DNA of 64,000 nucleotides from Octopus vulgaris (lineage: Eukaryota). Both the position numbers and the translations under genes were made by a program. The notes beneath the pieces were generated by a model that was not told where the DNA came from, searched no databases, and worked only from the letters and a program-made list of their open reading frames with translations. The stretch lies in NCBI GenBank assembly GCA_951406725.2, contig OX597816.1, positions 111,786,001-111,850,000 on the forward strand, written 5' to 3'. Of this stretch, positions 26,766 to 39,176 are shown piece after piece. The first letter of the stretch is position 1. The number at the start of each line of letters is the position of its first letter.

Positions 26766-27319
26766 ACTTATAATAATAATACTGATATTTAACTTACAAT
26801 TGTTATAATCATAATCATTTTAAATCATCCCCAGTGCTTGATACAAAATATTTTTTTAACCATGAAAGGTTAAAGGCATGCCATAATTTATTTTGTTATT
26901 GTTATGCAGCGATTCCTTTCTTATACATACTAATTACTGCTTCTCCTTTTAGGCCAGTATCATTTCACTAAACTTTCATCATCTGTATCTTTAAATTAAC
27001 CAAAGAGAAATTTAAGGTTAATATAGTTACTATGTAAAACCCTCCTCTAATTGTGGAGGACATTCCTAATCCCATTTCTCTATTATCTATTTCGCCATAT
27101 TGTAAACATGGCTTCCTGTCTTTTTCAATTCCTCCTTTGCTTTCAGGGCCATCCCATGTTATTCCATTCCCCAGAATTCCTTACAAAATACTCTCTCTCC
27201 CTCTCATTTAAATTATGTTCTACTCAATTTCCAAAGTTTCTAGATGGTGTGTAATTTTTGTTGCAGAATATTCCCTACGAATTATATTCAACCTCGTTGC
27301 TCCTTCAAAGTGCGCCCGC

Positions 27320-27608
27320 CCTCCCACCCCCTCCACCAATAGCGGAAGTTTCTACCTCTGTCTTGACTCCTCCCCGCAAATACATCCACTCGCACCCCTA
27401 TGTCAGTTTTATTTGATCATATAGAGCAAAAACGGTGAAACGTATGCAGGTTGTAGTCTCACCCCCTCCACCAACACCGGAAGTTTCTACCCCTGTCTTA
27501 CTTGACTATCCCCCCCCCGCGTATACCCCCCCAACCGCACCCCTATGTAGGTTTTTTTTTTATCATATAACGCAAAAACTGTGAAATGTATGCAGGTTGT
27601 AATCTAGT
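27320..27608 (+). repeat. Two diverged ~140-bp direct repeats ending in CTAG|T (Helitron-like 3' end)
   Basis: CCCCCTCCACCAA...GGAAGTTTCTACC...GAAA(C/T)GTATGCAGGTTGTA occurs twice; terminal CTAG at 27604-27607. Confidence 0.65.
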
Positions 27609-27649
27609 ATTTCAGTATGAAATCTGCCAAATGCAAGCTTTCTTTTCAG

Positions 27650-30480
27650 GTACATGACATGGCTGTCCCTCATCCCAGGGTCTCAGAGGCCCACACCTCC
27701 CACACCCTCAGAGTTGGCACACTCAATGTTGGCACATTGAAAGGTAGGTCTGGAGAGATTGTTGAGCTGCTTGAACAGAGACGTATGGATTTATGCTGCA
27801 TCCAGGAAGTAAGGTGGAGAGGAGGCTCCGCTAGGCTCCTCACAGGCAAGGAACACAGGTACAAGATTTTCTGGGCAGGGAACACTGACGGGGTCGGGAG
27901 CGTGGGTATACTTCTTGCAGAGAAATGGGTAGATAAAGTAATCGAGGTAGTCAGAGTAAGTGATAGAGTACTTAAGATTAGATTAGTGCTTCACCATAGG
28001 TCAGCTATCATCATCTCGGCATATGCCCCTCAACCAGGGCTACCAGAAGGACAGAAAGACCAATTCTACGACACCCTATTGCGGACTACCTCGTTGATAA
28101 ATGACAGTGACCTTCTCTTTGTGGCAGGTGATTTCAATGGAGATGTTGGACAGCATGTCGGGGGCTTCCATGGCGTTCATGGAGGCTACGGTTTTGGCAC
28201 TTGAAATGAGGAGGGAACCAGGCTACTGGAGTTCTGCGATGCAAATGACCTTATGGTTTGCAATACCAGCTTCAGGAAACCCACCTCTCACCTAGTCACC
28301 TACCATTCTGGCAGACACACTAGTCAGATTGACTACATCCTCGCCAGAAAGAGGGAAAGAGGGCTGCTTATAAATGCCAAAACCTTTCCAGGCGAAGAAT
28401 GTACTCCTCAACATAGATTAGTAGTTAGCGACATCAGGATCAGAGCTAAATGGTTGCCCAGAAGAAGACCAGCTTGGAGGAGAAGGGTCTGGAAGCTTAA
28501 AGATCCTGCAAATGGACAGAGATTTAGAGACATACTACTCGAAGCCTTTGACGAAATAGAAGGGGATATAGCTTCACTTAATGTGGAAGACAACTGGAGA
28601 TTCCTTCGGGACAATCTGCTGACAGCCACTGACCAGATCTGTGGATGGAGCAAAGTCCCATCTCGACCCAGAGTAACGTGGTGGTGGAACAATGTGGTTG
28701 ACAGGGCTATTAGACAAAAGAAACAGGCTTGGAGGGACTGGAAGAACGGTGGTAGCAGGGAATTGTATCAGACAGCCAGAAGGGAAGCTAGGAGACAGGT
28801 TTATTTAGCCAGAGGGGAAGCGGATAAGAAAAAATTTGCCAATGTTCTGTGCCATGAGGATGAAAGACTTGAGGTATTTCGTGTTGCAAGACAGTGTGTG
28901 AGAGACAATCGTGATGTGGTAGGAGAGAAATGTGTCCGCATGAATGATGGTTCACTTGCACTAAATGAGGATGCAAAGAGAGAGGTTTGGAGATGCCACT
29001 ATGAAAGGTTGCTGAATAAAGAAAATGAATGGAATAAAGAGAGTCTGCCAAATGTCAACCCAACAGAGGGACCAGCCATCCAAGTTGACAATTCTTTGAT
29101 AGTTAAAGCAATTAGAAGCATGAAGACAGGGAAAGCTCCAGGCCCATCAGGAATTACTGCAGAGATGCTCAAAATATCTGGCAGTGTTGGCTATAACCTA
29201 GTCACCCGTATAGTCAACCAGGTGATACACGAAGGAGTCATACCCAATGACTGGTGTAGCAGCATACTAGTCAACTGCTACAAAGGTAAAGGAGACGACC
29301 TAGATACAAATAATTACAGAGGTATCAAACTGTTGGATCAGATAATGAAGGTTACAGAGAGGGTCATAGCCCAACTGATTAGGGAGAGAGTCAACTTGGA
29401 CGAGATGCAGTTTGGTTTCATGCCAGGGAAAAGCACCACTGATGCCATATTTCTGGTGAGACAGCTGCAGGAGAAATACCTAGCCAAAGATAAGCCCCTG
29501 TACCTGGCTTTCGTTGACATGGAGAAAGCCTTTGACAGGGTCCCCCAATCCCTTATTTGGTGGTCAATGAGGAAACTAGGGATAGATGAATGGCTGGTGA
29601 AGGCTGTGCAAGCCATGTACAGGGATGCCGTAAGTAAGGTTAGGGTTGGCAACAGTTGTGGTGTGCAAGAGAGACGATTGCGCTGGTATGGTCATGTGGC
29701 GAGAATGAATGAAAATAGGTGTGTGAAAAAGTGCCAATCCCTAGCAGTGGAGGGAACCCGTGGAAGAGGTAGACCCAGGAAAACTTGGGACGAGGTGGTG
29801 AAGCACGACCTTCGAACTTTAGGTCTCACTGAGGAAATGACCAGTGACCGAGACCTTTGGAAATATGCTGTGCGTGAAAAGACCAGGCAGGACAAGTGAG
29901 TCCAGCCCACTTATGCATGCCTTTCCTCCCTTGGACACACAAAGACCTGTTGAGGCAAGCGAAGTCGATATCGAACCTCATCCGACGACAGGCACCTATG
30001 CCCACCCCCCTTTGCTTGCGAAGACCTGTTGGGGCAAGTGAAATCGAAATCGGAATCGAAATTGAACCAATCCTATGACTGGCACCCGGCCGATGCCAGG
30101 ACCCCTAGACTGGAGATACGTAAAAAGCACTATCCGAATCGTGGCCGATGCCAGCGCCGCCTTGACTGGCTTCTGTGTTGGTGGCACATAAAAAGCACCA
30201 TCCGAATCGTGGCCGAACCCAGTGCCGCCTCACCTGGCTTCCATGCAGGTGGCACGTAAAATGCACCAATCCGACCGTGGCCGATGCCAGTCTCGCCTGG
30301 CACCAGTGCAGGTGGCACGTAAAAAGCACCCACTACACTCACAGAGTGGTTGGCATTAGGAAGGGCATCCACCTGTAGAAACATTGCCAGATAAGACTGG
30401 AGCCTGGTGCAGCCTTCTGGCTTCCCAGATCCCCGGTCGAACCGTCCAACCCATGCTAGCATGGAGAACGGACGTTAAAC

Positions 30481-30510
<30 letters not shown>
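27650..30510 (+). mobile_element. RTE-clade LINE (APE endonuclease + RT), one nonsense codon, large in-frame RT deletion, 3'UTR and (GAT)n tail
   Basis: ORFs 27617-28204 and 28253-29899 share one frame: TLNVGTL, CIQEVRW, SAYAPQ, AGDFNG, SQIDYIL, QHRLV, KAPGPSG, NYRGIKL, QFGFMPG, AFVDMEKAFD, RRLRWYGHV. Confidence 0.95.
27659..29899 (+). pseudogene. RTE ORF (endonuclease-reverse transcriptase), inactivated
   Basis: TGA at 28202-28204 (probable CGA->TGA); QG and YADD motifs missing because of a deletion at ~29652. Confidence 0.9.
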
Positions 30511-30511
<1 letters not shown>

Positions 30512-30867
30512 AATCAGTACAAACATTTGAGTAAATTTCTTTAGCTTACTTCTGACAATTAATATTTTAATTAAACGCATTGATATTATGATTGTAAATA
30601 GTTATGTTCTCTGTATAAGGACACAATATATTTGTGTGATAACTTGAAATTATACTATACACCTATTAATCGTCAGTGTTAATTTCTAAGTCATCATGCG
30701 ACTGCTACAAAGTATATTTCCTGTCTCCATCTGGTTGAGACATTCCTTGCACCATCACAAATAGTTTCTCTTTAATGTATGAATTACATACAGAATCTTC
30801 TCCAAACTCATCAAAATGGCTTTGCTTTCACCAAAAGGATTCCTTTCAATCATTAGATAGCTAGCCA

Positions 30868-30903
<36 letters not shown>

Positions 30904-31037
30904 CCTATCTATCTCTATCTATCTCTATCTATCTCTTTCTCCCTTTCTCAAAGAAGAAGAAGAAGAAGAAGAAGAAGAAGAAGAAGAAGAAGGACGACGA
31001 CGACGATGACGACAACTACAACAACAACAACAACAAC
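30868..31037. repeat. Compound (CT)n/(CTAT)n/(GAA)n/(GAC)n/(CAA)n microsatellite
   Basis: Seen directly. Confidence 0.95.
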
Positions 31038-32040
31038 ATAAGTCCAAAAGCATTAGTCACTTTACTTCTCAGAACAATTTAACTCACTCTAATCTATGGA
31101 CTCGTCTATTGGCTAATGGTTGGCAATGCAGTCATCACTAGTTTTTTCAGATTCTGGGGCTTTATCCTGTAGTGTATTTAGGATTACCTTAACCAATGTT
31201 TCTTTCCGTTTTTAATACTGAAAGCTTTGGGGTTCTCTATCACTGACTTGTGGAAACAATAATATCCAACATCACAGTTGTGGAGTGTGACAATTTGGAG
31301 CATAAAGAAGAATTGGGTTCTGAGTTCGAAATTTTATACAATAATTCTTTGACAAGAAAGGAGATAGAAAAGGAAGAGAGAAGAATTTCAAAAAATTAAC
31401 ATATCACATGAATTAGTCATGTAAGTAACTGATCTACTTCTTGGAATATAAGCTTGGCTCTTTAAATTTTACAATGTTTGGTTGTTTGTCTTTTCTCACG
31501 ATTAAAAATTATGAAAAGTATTGATTTAGGATTTCAAAAGAATATCAAAAATTAACCACCATGTGTATACCACATTAAGGAAGCCACATAATGTAAACAA
31601 GTTTTAATAAATATCTTAAGACAATGGAAAATATTTTGCTTTAAAAAACACTTGTGTAAGCTGCAATTTGTTACTGAAATGGGAGAAATAAACATGATGA
31701 GAAAATTTTTTGTTTGTTTGTTCTTGTGTGTGTGCATGCGTGAGTGCATGTGTGTGTGTGCATGTGTGTGTGTTTGCATGTGCATGTGTATGTTAATTCA
31801 CATACGTGCATGTTTGCATGTATGTCTGAAAATTTGTTTCCCTTTCACTTTGTTTCATCTAGTTGTTACTGCTATATTTTTCTGCTCCAAATAACAGCTA
31901 AATATTCCTCAAATCACAATCTTCAATCTAAAATAAAGAAGGATGCATTGCATGAAAACAGGTGGGTTCACAGCAAGAACAGCTGGAATCAGTGTTCTCC
32001 ATGATGAAGGCTAACACAGATTAATAGCACCATGCATATA

Positions 32041-32076
<36 letters not shown>

Positions 32077-32241
32077 GTTTATATATTTGTTGTGCAAGAT
32101 TTTTTATGTGAAGTTGTGTGTTGAATGACAAAATGACCATTCCGAAATATAATAATATATATCAACATGTGATCTCTTAAGCACCACCAGCTCAAATATT
32201 GTCTCCTCTGTCTTCCCTCCTTGGGATCTTTCCTTCTCCTT

Positions 32242-32276
32242 GTTTCCGACGAAGAGCTCCGCTCGAAACGTTAAAC
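32242..32276 (+). ncRNA. Minimal type I hammerhead-ribozyme-like motif (U4C variant) in a (TA)n-flanked element (~32075-32395)
   Basis: GUUU-CCGACGA-A-GAGC(UCC)GCUC-GAAA-CG-UU-AAAC: stems I and II pair; short self-complementary stem III (AACGUU). Confidence 0.65.
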
Positions 32277-32392
32277 CCTCCTTCCCTTCTTTCCTGAGCG
32301 TCAATAATACTTTAATTGTTCCACGTCCTGCGTTGCTGTGTTTTTTTCTTTTTTTTCCCTTTTTTTCTGTGTTTTCTTGTTTGGATTAACTT

Positions 32393-32471
<79 letters not shown>

Positions 32472-32673
32472 TTACTTCTAATAATGGGGATAATGGAATT
32501 TTTTTTTAATTTCTGTTAGCCTGCTTTTCTTGTTTCAACACATATATTTATAGTGAAAAATATTGTATATAGTTAGATAATCTAAAGTCTATTTTTCAGC
32601 ATATTGGCATAGAAATATTTGAGGTGCTACACATGGCTAGTTAGGGACATAATGAAACATCTTTCTGGGACCC

Positions 32674-33454
32674 TCAAGGATGACTGGTGGTTAGAGAAGT
32701 GTCACTTGAAAGGTATGCTGGCCAATCTGATGTATTTACTGGGCATGTTCTCATTCCTGATGTATCTCTGATTGGTTCTGGGCCTGGGGACGTATTGCAA
32801 GGGCTGCTATCATTATGGCACATTGGCCTGGCAGTGCTGGTATGTCTGTCATCGCCACAGTTGTTGTCACCATGGTGGCTGTGTCTGGCCATAGGGTTGG
32901 TACTGTTGCTACCAGTGGTGGTGTGGGTGCCACTGCTAGTAACATAAGGTGCAGGGCCTGTTACTTCCTCATTGTTGCTGGTACTGGTCTGGTCATCCCC
33001 TGTGGCTGTGGTGTTGGCACTGGGGTTGCTGGTTACCTCCTCGGTGTCATTGGTACTGAACTGGTCATTCTTTCTGGCTACGGTGTTGGTACTGGGGTTG
33101 CTGGTTACCTCCTCCGTGTAATTGGTACTGGACTGCTCATTCTCTCTGGCTACGGTGTTGGTACTGGGGTTGCTGGTTACCTCCTCGGTGTCATTGGTAC
33201 TGGACTGGTCATTCTCTCTGGCTATGGTGTTGGCACTGGGGTTGCTGGTTACCTCCTCGGTGTCATTGGTACTGGACTGGTCATTCTCTCTGGCCATGGT
33301 GTTGGCACTGGGGTTGCTGGTTACCTCCTTGGTGTCATTGGTACTGGACTGGTCATTCTCTCTGGCTACGGTGTTGGTACTGGGGTTGCTGGTTACCTCC
33401 TCGGTGTCATTGGTACTGGACTGGTCATTCTCTCTGGCTATGGTGTTGCTACTG
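32674..33454 (-). CDS. Possible Thr/Ser/Asn/Glu-rich mucin-like repeat ORF (unverified)
   Basis: 24-aa repeat ARENDQSSTNDTEEVTSNPSTNTV continues stop-free into ~110 aa of unique sequence; no convincing start or splice site; upstream frameshifts. Confidence 0.25.
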
Positions 33455-34186
33455 GGGGTTGCTGGTTACCTCCTCGGTGTCATTGGTACTGGACTGGTCA
33501 TTCTCTCTGGCTATGGTGTTGGTACTGGGGTTGCTGGTTACCTCCTCGGTGTCATTGGTACTGGACTGGTCATTCTCTCTGGCTATGGTGTTGGTACTGG
33601 GTTTGCTGGTTACCTCCTCGGTGTCATTGGTACTGGACTGGTCATTCTCTCTGGCTATGGTGTTGGTACTGGGGTTGCTGGTTACCTCCTCGGTGTCATT
33701 GGTACTGGACTGGTCATTCTCTCTGGCTATGGTGTTGCTACTGGGGTTGCTGGTTACCTCCTCGGTGTCATTGGTACTGGACTGGTCATTCTCTCTGGCT
33801 ATGGTGTTGGTACTGGGTTTGCTGGTTACCTCCTCGGTGTCATTGGTACTGGACTGGTCATTCTCTCTGGCTATGGTGTTGGTACTGGGTTTGCTGGTTA
33901 CCTCCTCGGTGTCATTGGTACTGGACTGGTCATTCTCTCTGGCTGGCTATGGTGTTGGTACTGGGTTTGCTGGTTACCTCCTCGGTGTCATTGGTACTGG
34001 ACTGGTCATTCTCTCTGGCTATGGTGTTGGTACTGGGGTTGCTGGTTACCTCCTCGGTGTCATTGGTACTGGACTGGTCATTCTCTCTGGTTATAGTGTT
34101 GTACTGGGGTTGCTGGTTACCTCCTCAGTGTCATTGGTACTGGACTGGTCATTCTCTCTGGTTATAGTGTTGGTACAGGGGTTGTT
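33010..34186. repeat. 72-bp minisatellite, ~16 highly homogeneous copies
   Basis: Unit GGTGTTGGTACTGGGGTTGCTGGTTACCTCCTCGGTGTCATTGGTACTGGACTGGTCATTCTCTCTGGCTAT; indels at ~33455 (+1), ~33941 (+4), ~34100 (-1). Confidence 0.97.
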
Positions 34187-35819
34187 GGCATCAGAGTTGG
34201 TGTTTCTGCCACTGTTGCCACCTCAGGTACCATCATCGTTGTTAAATAGTATATTGTTGCTATTGTGGTTGCCAAATCTATGTATCACCAAAGCCTCGTA
34301 GATGACTCCATCAGCCTCGCATCAGCCAACTACTGGACAGTTATTGTATGTGTGTGTGTGAATAGATAGATAGATGTGTATATATACACACACACACACA
34401 AACATATCTGTTGGTGAGAAATTTGCTTTTCCATCATAAGTTTCTGTGTTCATTCGCACTGCCTGGCACCTTGGGCAAGTGTCTACTATAGTCCTGAGCT
34501 GACATAGCCTAGATTAGGTAGATGGAAAATAAAAGAGGCCCAATGTATATACGTGTGGCAGGGGGATTGAATGAGTGTTTGTGTGAGTGTGTGTGTGTGT
34601 CTGTGTATGTGTGTGCTTGTATCTCCTTGTTTTGATATTGCAGAATAGTTGTAAATGAGTGTCATTGTTATACAAGTGGTCTCATTCATTTCCAATATTC
34701 TGCGAGAACATATCTGGCCATTGAGAAATATTACTCTTTTGGGAACAGGTGGGAATTGGGAATACATTGGGGCATCCAGCTAAAGAAAATTTGTTTCAAG
34801 TAAATGCACTCAAATAAGTGCAAGCACAGAAAAGTGAACGGTCAATGATGATGATGATGGTGTGGGGGGATGATGATGATGTATACATATATGTCAACAT
34901 GACGTGAAGCCTTTCTTAGGCACAGAATCACTACATCACCCTTCAACAGGTATGTATTTGCAATCCAAGAGCTGGACAAACAAAAGAGAATGAAGTCCTC
35001 AGAGCCCCAAAATGCAACCAAAAATGTTGATTATATTACATTTCTGTGGAAGACCTCACACATGTGGTCAGCATCTGCCCAAAAATGTCAAGGTACTATC
35101 TATCAATGCAACACAATGTATTTACTTAAACAATATACAAAGCCATCCAAAAAATTACTGTCCTGGAATAAATATAGACTCATATCTGTTATTGAATATA
35201 TGCATGAACATCAATGCAAGGAATATTGGTGAAACATTCATATCAATATTTCAATCAAGTATAAATATAACATGCCAAATATCGTTTTTTAGGACAGACT
35301 AGAGAAATTATGTAGTCATAGAGATCAGCTACCTTGCAGATGTGAATATCTCTTTCAAAATTAAAATGAAATGGAATAACTATGGAAAACTGCTTTGTAA
35401 TCTCCAGCTTCAATGTCCAGAAAATAAATTCACATTTATCCAAAAGTAGTTGATGCACTTGGTTTTGTAAAAATCTGGAAAAACAGGTTTTCAAAACAGA
35501 AATCAACCATCTAACATACACATTATTTATACCATGTGTAAGTAGAATGGTAAAAATATGCAAGACTTTTCTCAAATTCAAAATGCAGCATTGTTTTTGC
35601 TACAAACATTCCAGTAATGGAGCTTTGTATCTTTGTTTGAAACCAGTGCCTACCTTACAGAGAGACATCAAATAATTAAAATAAGAAGAGAACACACACA
35701 CACACACACATGCATGGATATATATCATTGTAAAGATATACCATCATTACCATCATTTAAAATCTATTTAGAGAATTACCATCACAGTTCTCACTCCACT
35801 TAAAGGCTCAAACTTAATC

Positions 35820-36459
35820 AGTCCTTCAGCATTCAGATTACTTTGTCAACTATTCTCTCTCTTTACTCTCTTTTACTTGTTTCAGTCATTTGACTGTGGC
35901 CATGCTGGAGCACCGCCTTTAATCGAACAACTCGACCCCGGGACTTATTCTTTTGTAAGCCCAGTACTTATTCTATCGGTCTCTTTTGCTGAACAGCTAA
36001 GTAACGGGGACATAAACACACCAGCATCAGTTGTCAAGCAATGCTAGGGGGACAAACACAGACACACAAACACACACACGCATATATATACATATATACA
36101 ATGGGCTTCTTTCAGTTTACGTCTACCAAATCCACTCACAAGGCTTTGGTCGGCCCGACGCTATAGTAGAAGACACTTGCCCAAGGTGCCACACAGTGGG
36201 ACTGAACCTGTAACCATGTGGTTGGTAAACAAGCTACTTACCACACAGCCACTCCTGCGCCTATATAATGATTATCTATTCACATTTTTTAAAAATTCAT
36301 CATGTATTAACTTGTAGTTTTGAAATATTAAAGATGTGATTGTTTATCTTTAGAGTGAAATTACAGACTAGGTTTGAGAGACCAGATCTGGCCAGTATGA
36401 ACATTAAGTGGATGGAACATTTGGGTTAGATATGGTGGGTATAAATGCTAAAGAGTCAA
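35820..36459. mobile_element. piggyBac-type MITE (reverse orientation) split by a SINE insertion
   Basis: CCTTCAGCATTCAGATTACTTTGTCAA ... AAATGCTAAAAGAG matches the reverse complement of 19835-20054. Confidence 0.7.
35853..36261 (-). mobile_element. CORE-like tRNA SINE, young-looking full-length copy
   Basis: Close reverse complement of 4338-4740. Confidence 0.92.
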
Positions 36460-37337
36460 GACTGCATAGATACCATGTGGACAAGTTTTTGCCACACATA
36501 AATGTACAGAAACTTTGCTAGCATCTTATATTATTTCCTTTCTTTATTGCTAATTAATTCATTATAATGCATATTGACTTCTTTTATCATTTATATTATG
36601 AATAAGGTTTTTAACAATAACTATCCCTATCCAAATCACAAGATTCAGTTTATGCTTCAGTCTGAACAACAAAGCCAAACAAATTTAACAACCTTAATTT
36701 AGATAAAACATTGTAGCTGCTGCGTAAGCTAACATCTGTTTGGGAAGAAACCATGTTGAGTTATTTTCCTCTAAGAATATAATGAGTTCTTCTTTGATAA
36801 TTTATTCCATGATTATGATGTTATGTAAAGTCAGGATTTTAAAATCGCCTCTGCTTCTTCTCTTATGGACAGAGTATTTCCTATCATTTCCTATCAGTAA
36901 ATAGTTGAGGTTTGCTGCTGAGGCTATACTCTTGTTATCTAAGGTGGCAATTACAGCGGTTCTTTTCTATAAATATAATGAATAGCTAGATTTGCCTCAT
37001 ACCAAGTTGCAATGTTAAAGAAATCTGTTAGCTCAAGGATTTACACATGCTCCAGTAGGGTGATAAAAATACTATTGAAATGGTTGTTGATATTTCAGTT
37101 TCTTTTAGGGTCTGCAGCACAAGATTAACTTCCTTCGAACAATAACTTAAATTTGTGGTCGAAAGAGATTGCTCCTTTTTTTTATCTTGAATTTGAAGAA
37201 AACTTTTGTGTTTTTTTTAGAGCTGTTTCTTTTACCACTTTCTTATTTCATGAAAACACATTTTTTTAATGTCTGGAAGGCATATGTTAAAATCGTTCCC
37301 TTTTCTTCAAAATATTTCTACATTTAATCAATTTGAA

Positions 37338-37340
<3 letters not shown>

Positions 37341-37426
<86 letters not shown>
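37341..37426. repeat. (CT)n microsatellite
   Basis: Perfect run, seen directly. Confidence 0.97.
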
Positions 37427-37433
<7 letters not shown>

Positions 37434-37927
37434 AAGACTTTTGTGAATATCTCCCATTGCCAGTGGGTATATGTTTAATGTATATAGCTTGCATTACTGA
37501 CATAAATTACTTCAATTTTATGGCATGGTCTTGCAAAGAAATGATTTTAGACATTTTACAGATCTCTTAATTGATTTCTATTGTACTTTTTGAAATTCAG
37601 AATAGACAAAATTGAAGAGTTGTGTGTGGACAGTGAACTACAATTTCCCTTGGGTTATACATTGTTAATTCTCATGTGATAAGATAAGAGAAAATTGTAG
37701 AAGAAACATATAAATATGTTGGATGGTTCTCACATTTTCAGGGAAGCAGTGATTATCTTGGGCAGTAAACTCTTTGTTTCAGTGAATTCCTGCTTGTAAG
37801 ATCAAGATGAGAAACTGCATGTCATTATCATGCTGTTATTTCTGGGAGACTATAATACTATGACCATTTGAAGTTAGTTAGATTGAAAGAGAACATGAGC
37901 TTGCTGATCCAAGTAGGTTAATACTTA

Positions 37928-37963
<36 letters not shown>

Positions 37964-38024
37964 ATATGTAACGATATAGACAGATAAACAGATACAGATA
38001 TTAAATAATATGGATATATATATA

Positions 38025-38883
38025 CAGTGACATGCAGCAAGTAAATAGACACCTTTAATTTTCCAAATTTCTGATCTATGCATCTTAATATGTTTTCAGC
38101 AGTGTAGAATTTACAATGTAATCATTCTTTTTCATTCTAGGTGCCATTATATTAAATATTTGCGAAGAGTAACCGTGCTACGTGCAAAAAAATTCAGCAG
38201 AACTGTCAGATTTTCAAAGAGGTCGTATTGTTGGGCAATTTGAGGCTGGTCTTAGCCAGTGTTTGGGTTTGGAGGCTTCCCAATCAAGAATTTGATTTGA
38301 AACAACTCCAACCAACTGTGAAACATGGCGGTCTCTCTGTAAGGGTATGGGGAGCTGTCACCAGCAATGGCTGTTCTGAGCTGATCAAATGTGTTGGAAC
38401 CATGAACTCTGAAAAATACATCGAAATACTTAAGCAAGGGCTACTTCTGATAAATTCACACGATAACATAATGATAAATAAGATTTTATTCATAGAAGAT
38501 TGGGTTCTATGCCACACAGCGAAAACAAAACAACAATGGCTGGCTGAAAATGGGATCAAAAAGCTTCCTTGGCCGTGCCAATCTCTTGACATGAACCCAA
38601 CTGAAAATCTTAGGAGCATATTAGATAGAGCTGTGCGAAAAACTCGACAGAAACTTAAATCTAAAGATGAATTGTTTCAATTTTTGCAAGAAAAGTGGGC
38701 ATAAATTCCACAAAAGACAATCACAAAGCTCATCAGTTCAATTTCTGAATTAAAAACTGCAAAGGGAATATCAGCTAAATACTAAAGTATGTAGTCCTAC
38801 CTATCAATTACATTTCAATTGTTCACTTTGCATATTAAATAAAAGATTTTGAAAATAAAAGGTGTCTATTTATTTCCTACATG

Positions 38884-38887
<4 letters not shown>
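38025..38887 (+). mobile_element. Tc1-family (DD34E) transposon, internally deleted
   Basis: TA|CAGTGACATGCAGCAAGTAAATAGACACCTTT TIR with imperfect right TIR; ORF 38228-38704 has PTVKHGG-VWGA and WPCQSLDMNPTENL. Confidence 0.9.
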
Positions 38888-38949
<62 letters not shown>

Positions 38950-39060
38950 TGTGTATATATATATATATAGTGTTATGAGTATTTATAGAACACGTATCCT
39001 ATAGAAACTTAACAAATAATTAAAGATGGAGAAGAGAAGGTGTTAAAAGTTTTTAAAAAT

Positions 39061-39176
39061 GCATACAATTATTTTGAACGGTAATATTAACATGTAAATA
39101 ACATGGAAAAAATTAGAAATTAATTTAATTATAATTATAATTAAATTAATTACCTATTACTGTTCTCTTCAATGTG
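39061..39176 (-). ncRNA. Degenerate type I hammerhead-like motif
   Basis: Minus strand CA-UUGAAGA-GAACAGUAAUA...UAUUACCGUUC-AAAA-UAAUUG-UA-UG; 10 of 11 stem II pairs; C3 and G12 mutated. Confidence 0.5.

Noticed and set aside
33010-34186. CRISPR-like array or suckerin gene
   Set aside because: The units are contiguous with no unique spacers; the plus-strand peptide lacks the Pro-delimited Ala/His and GGY modules of suckerins
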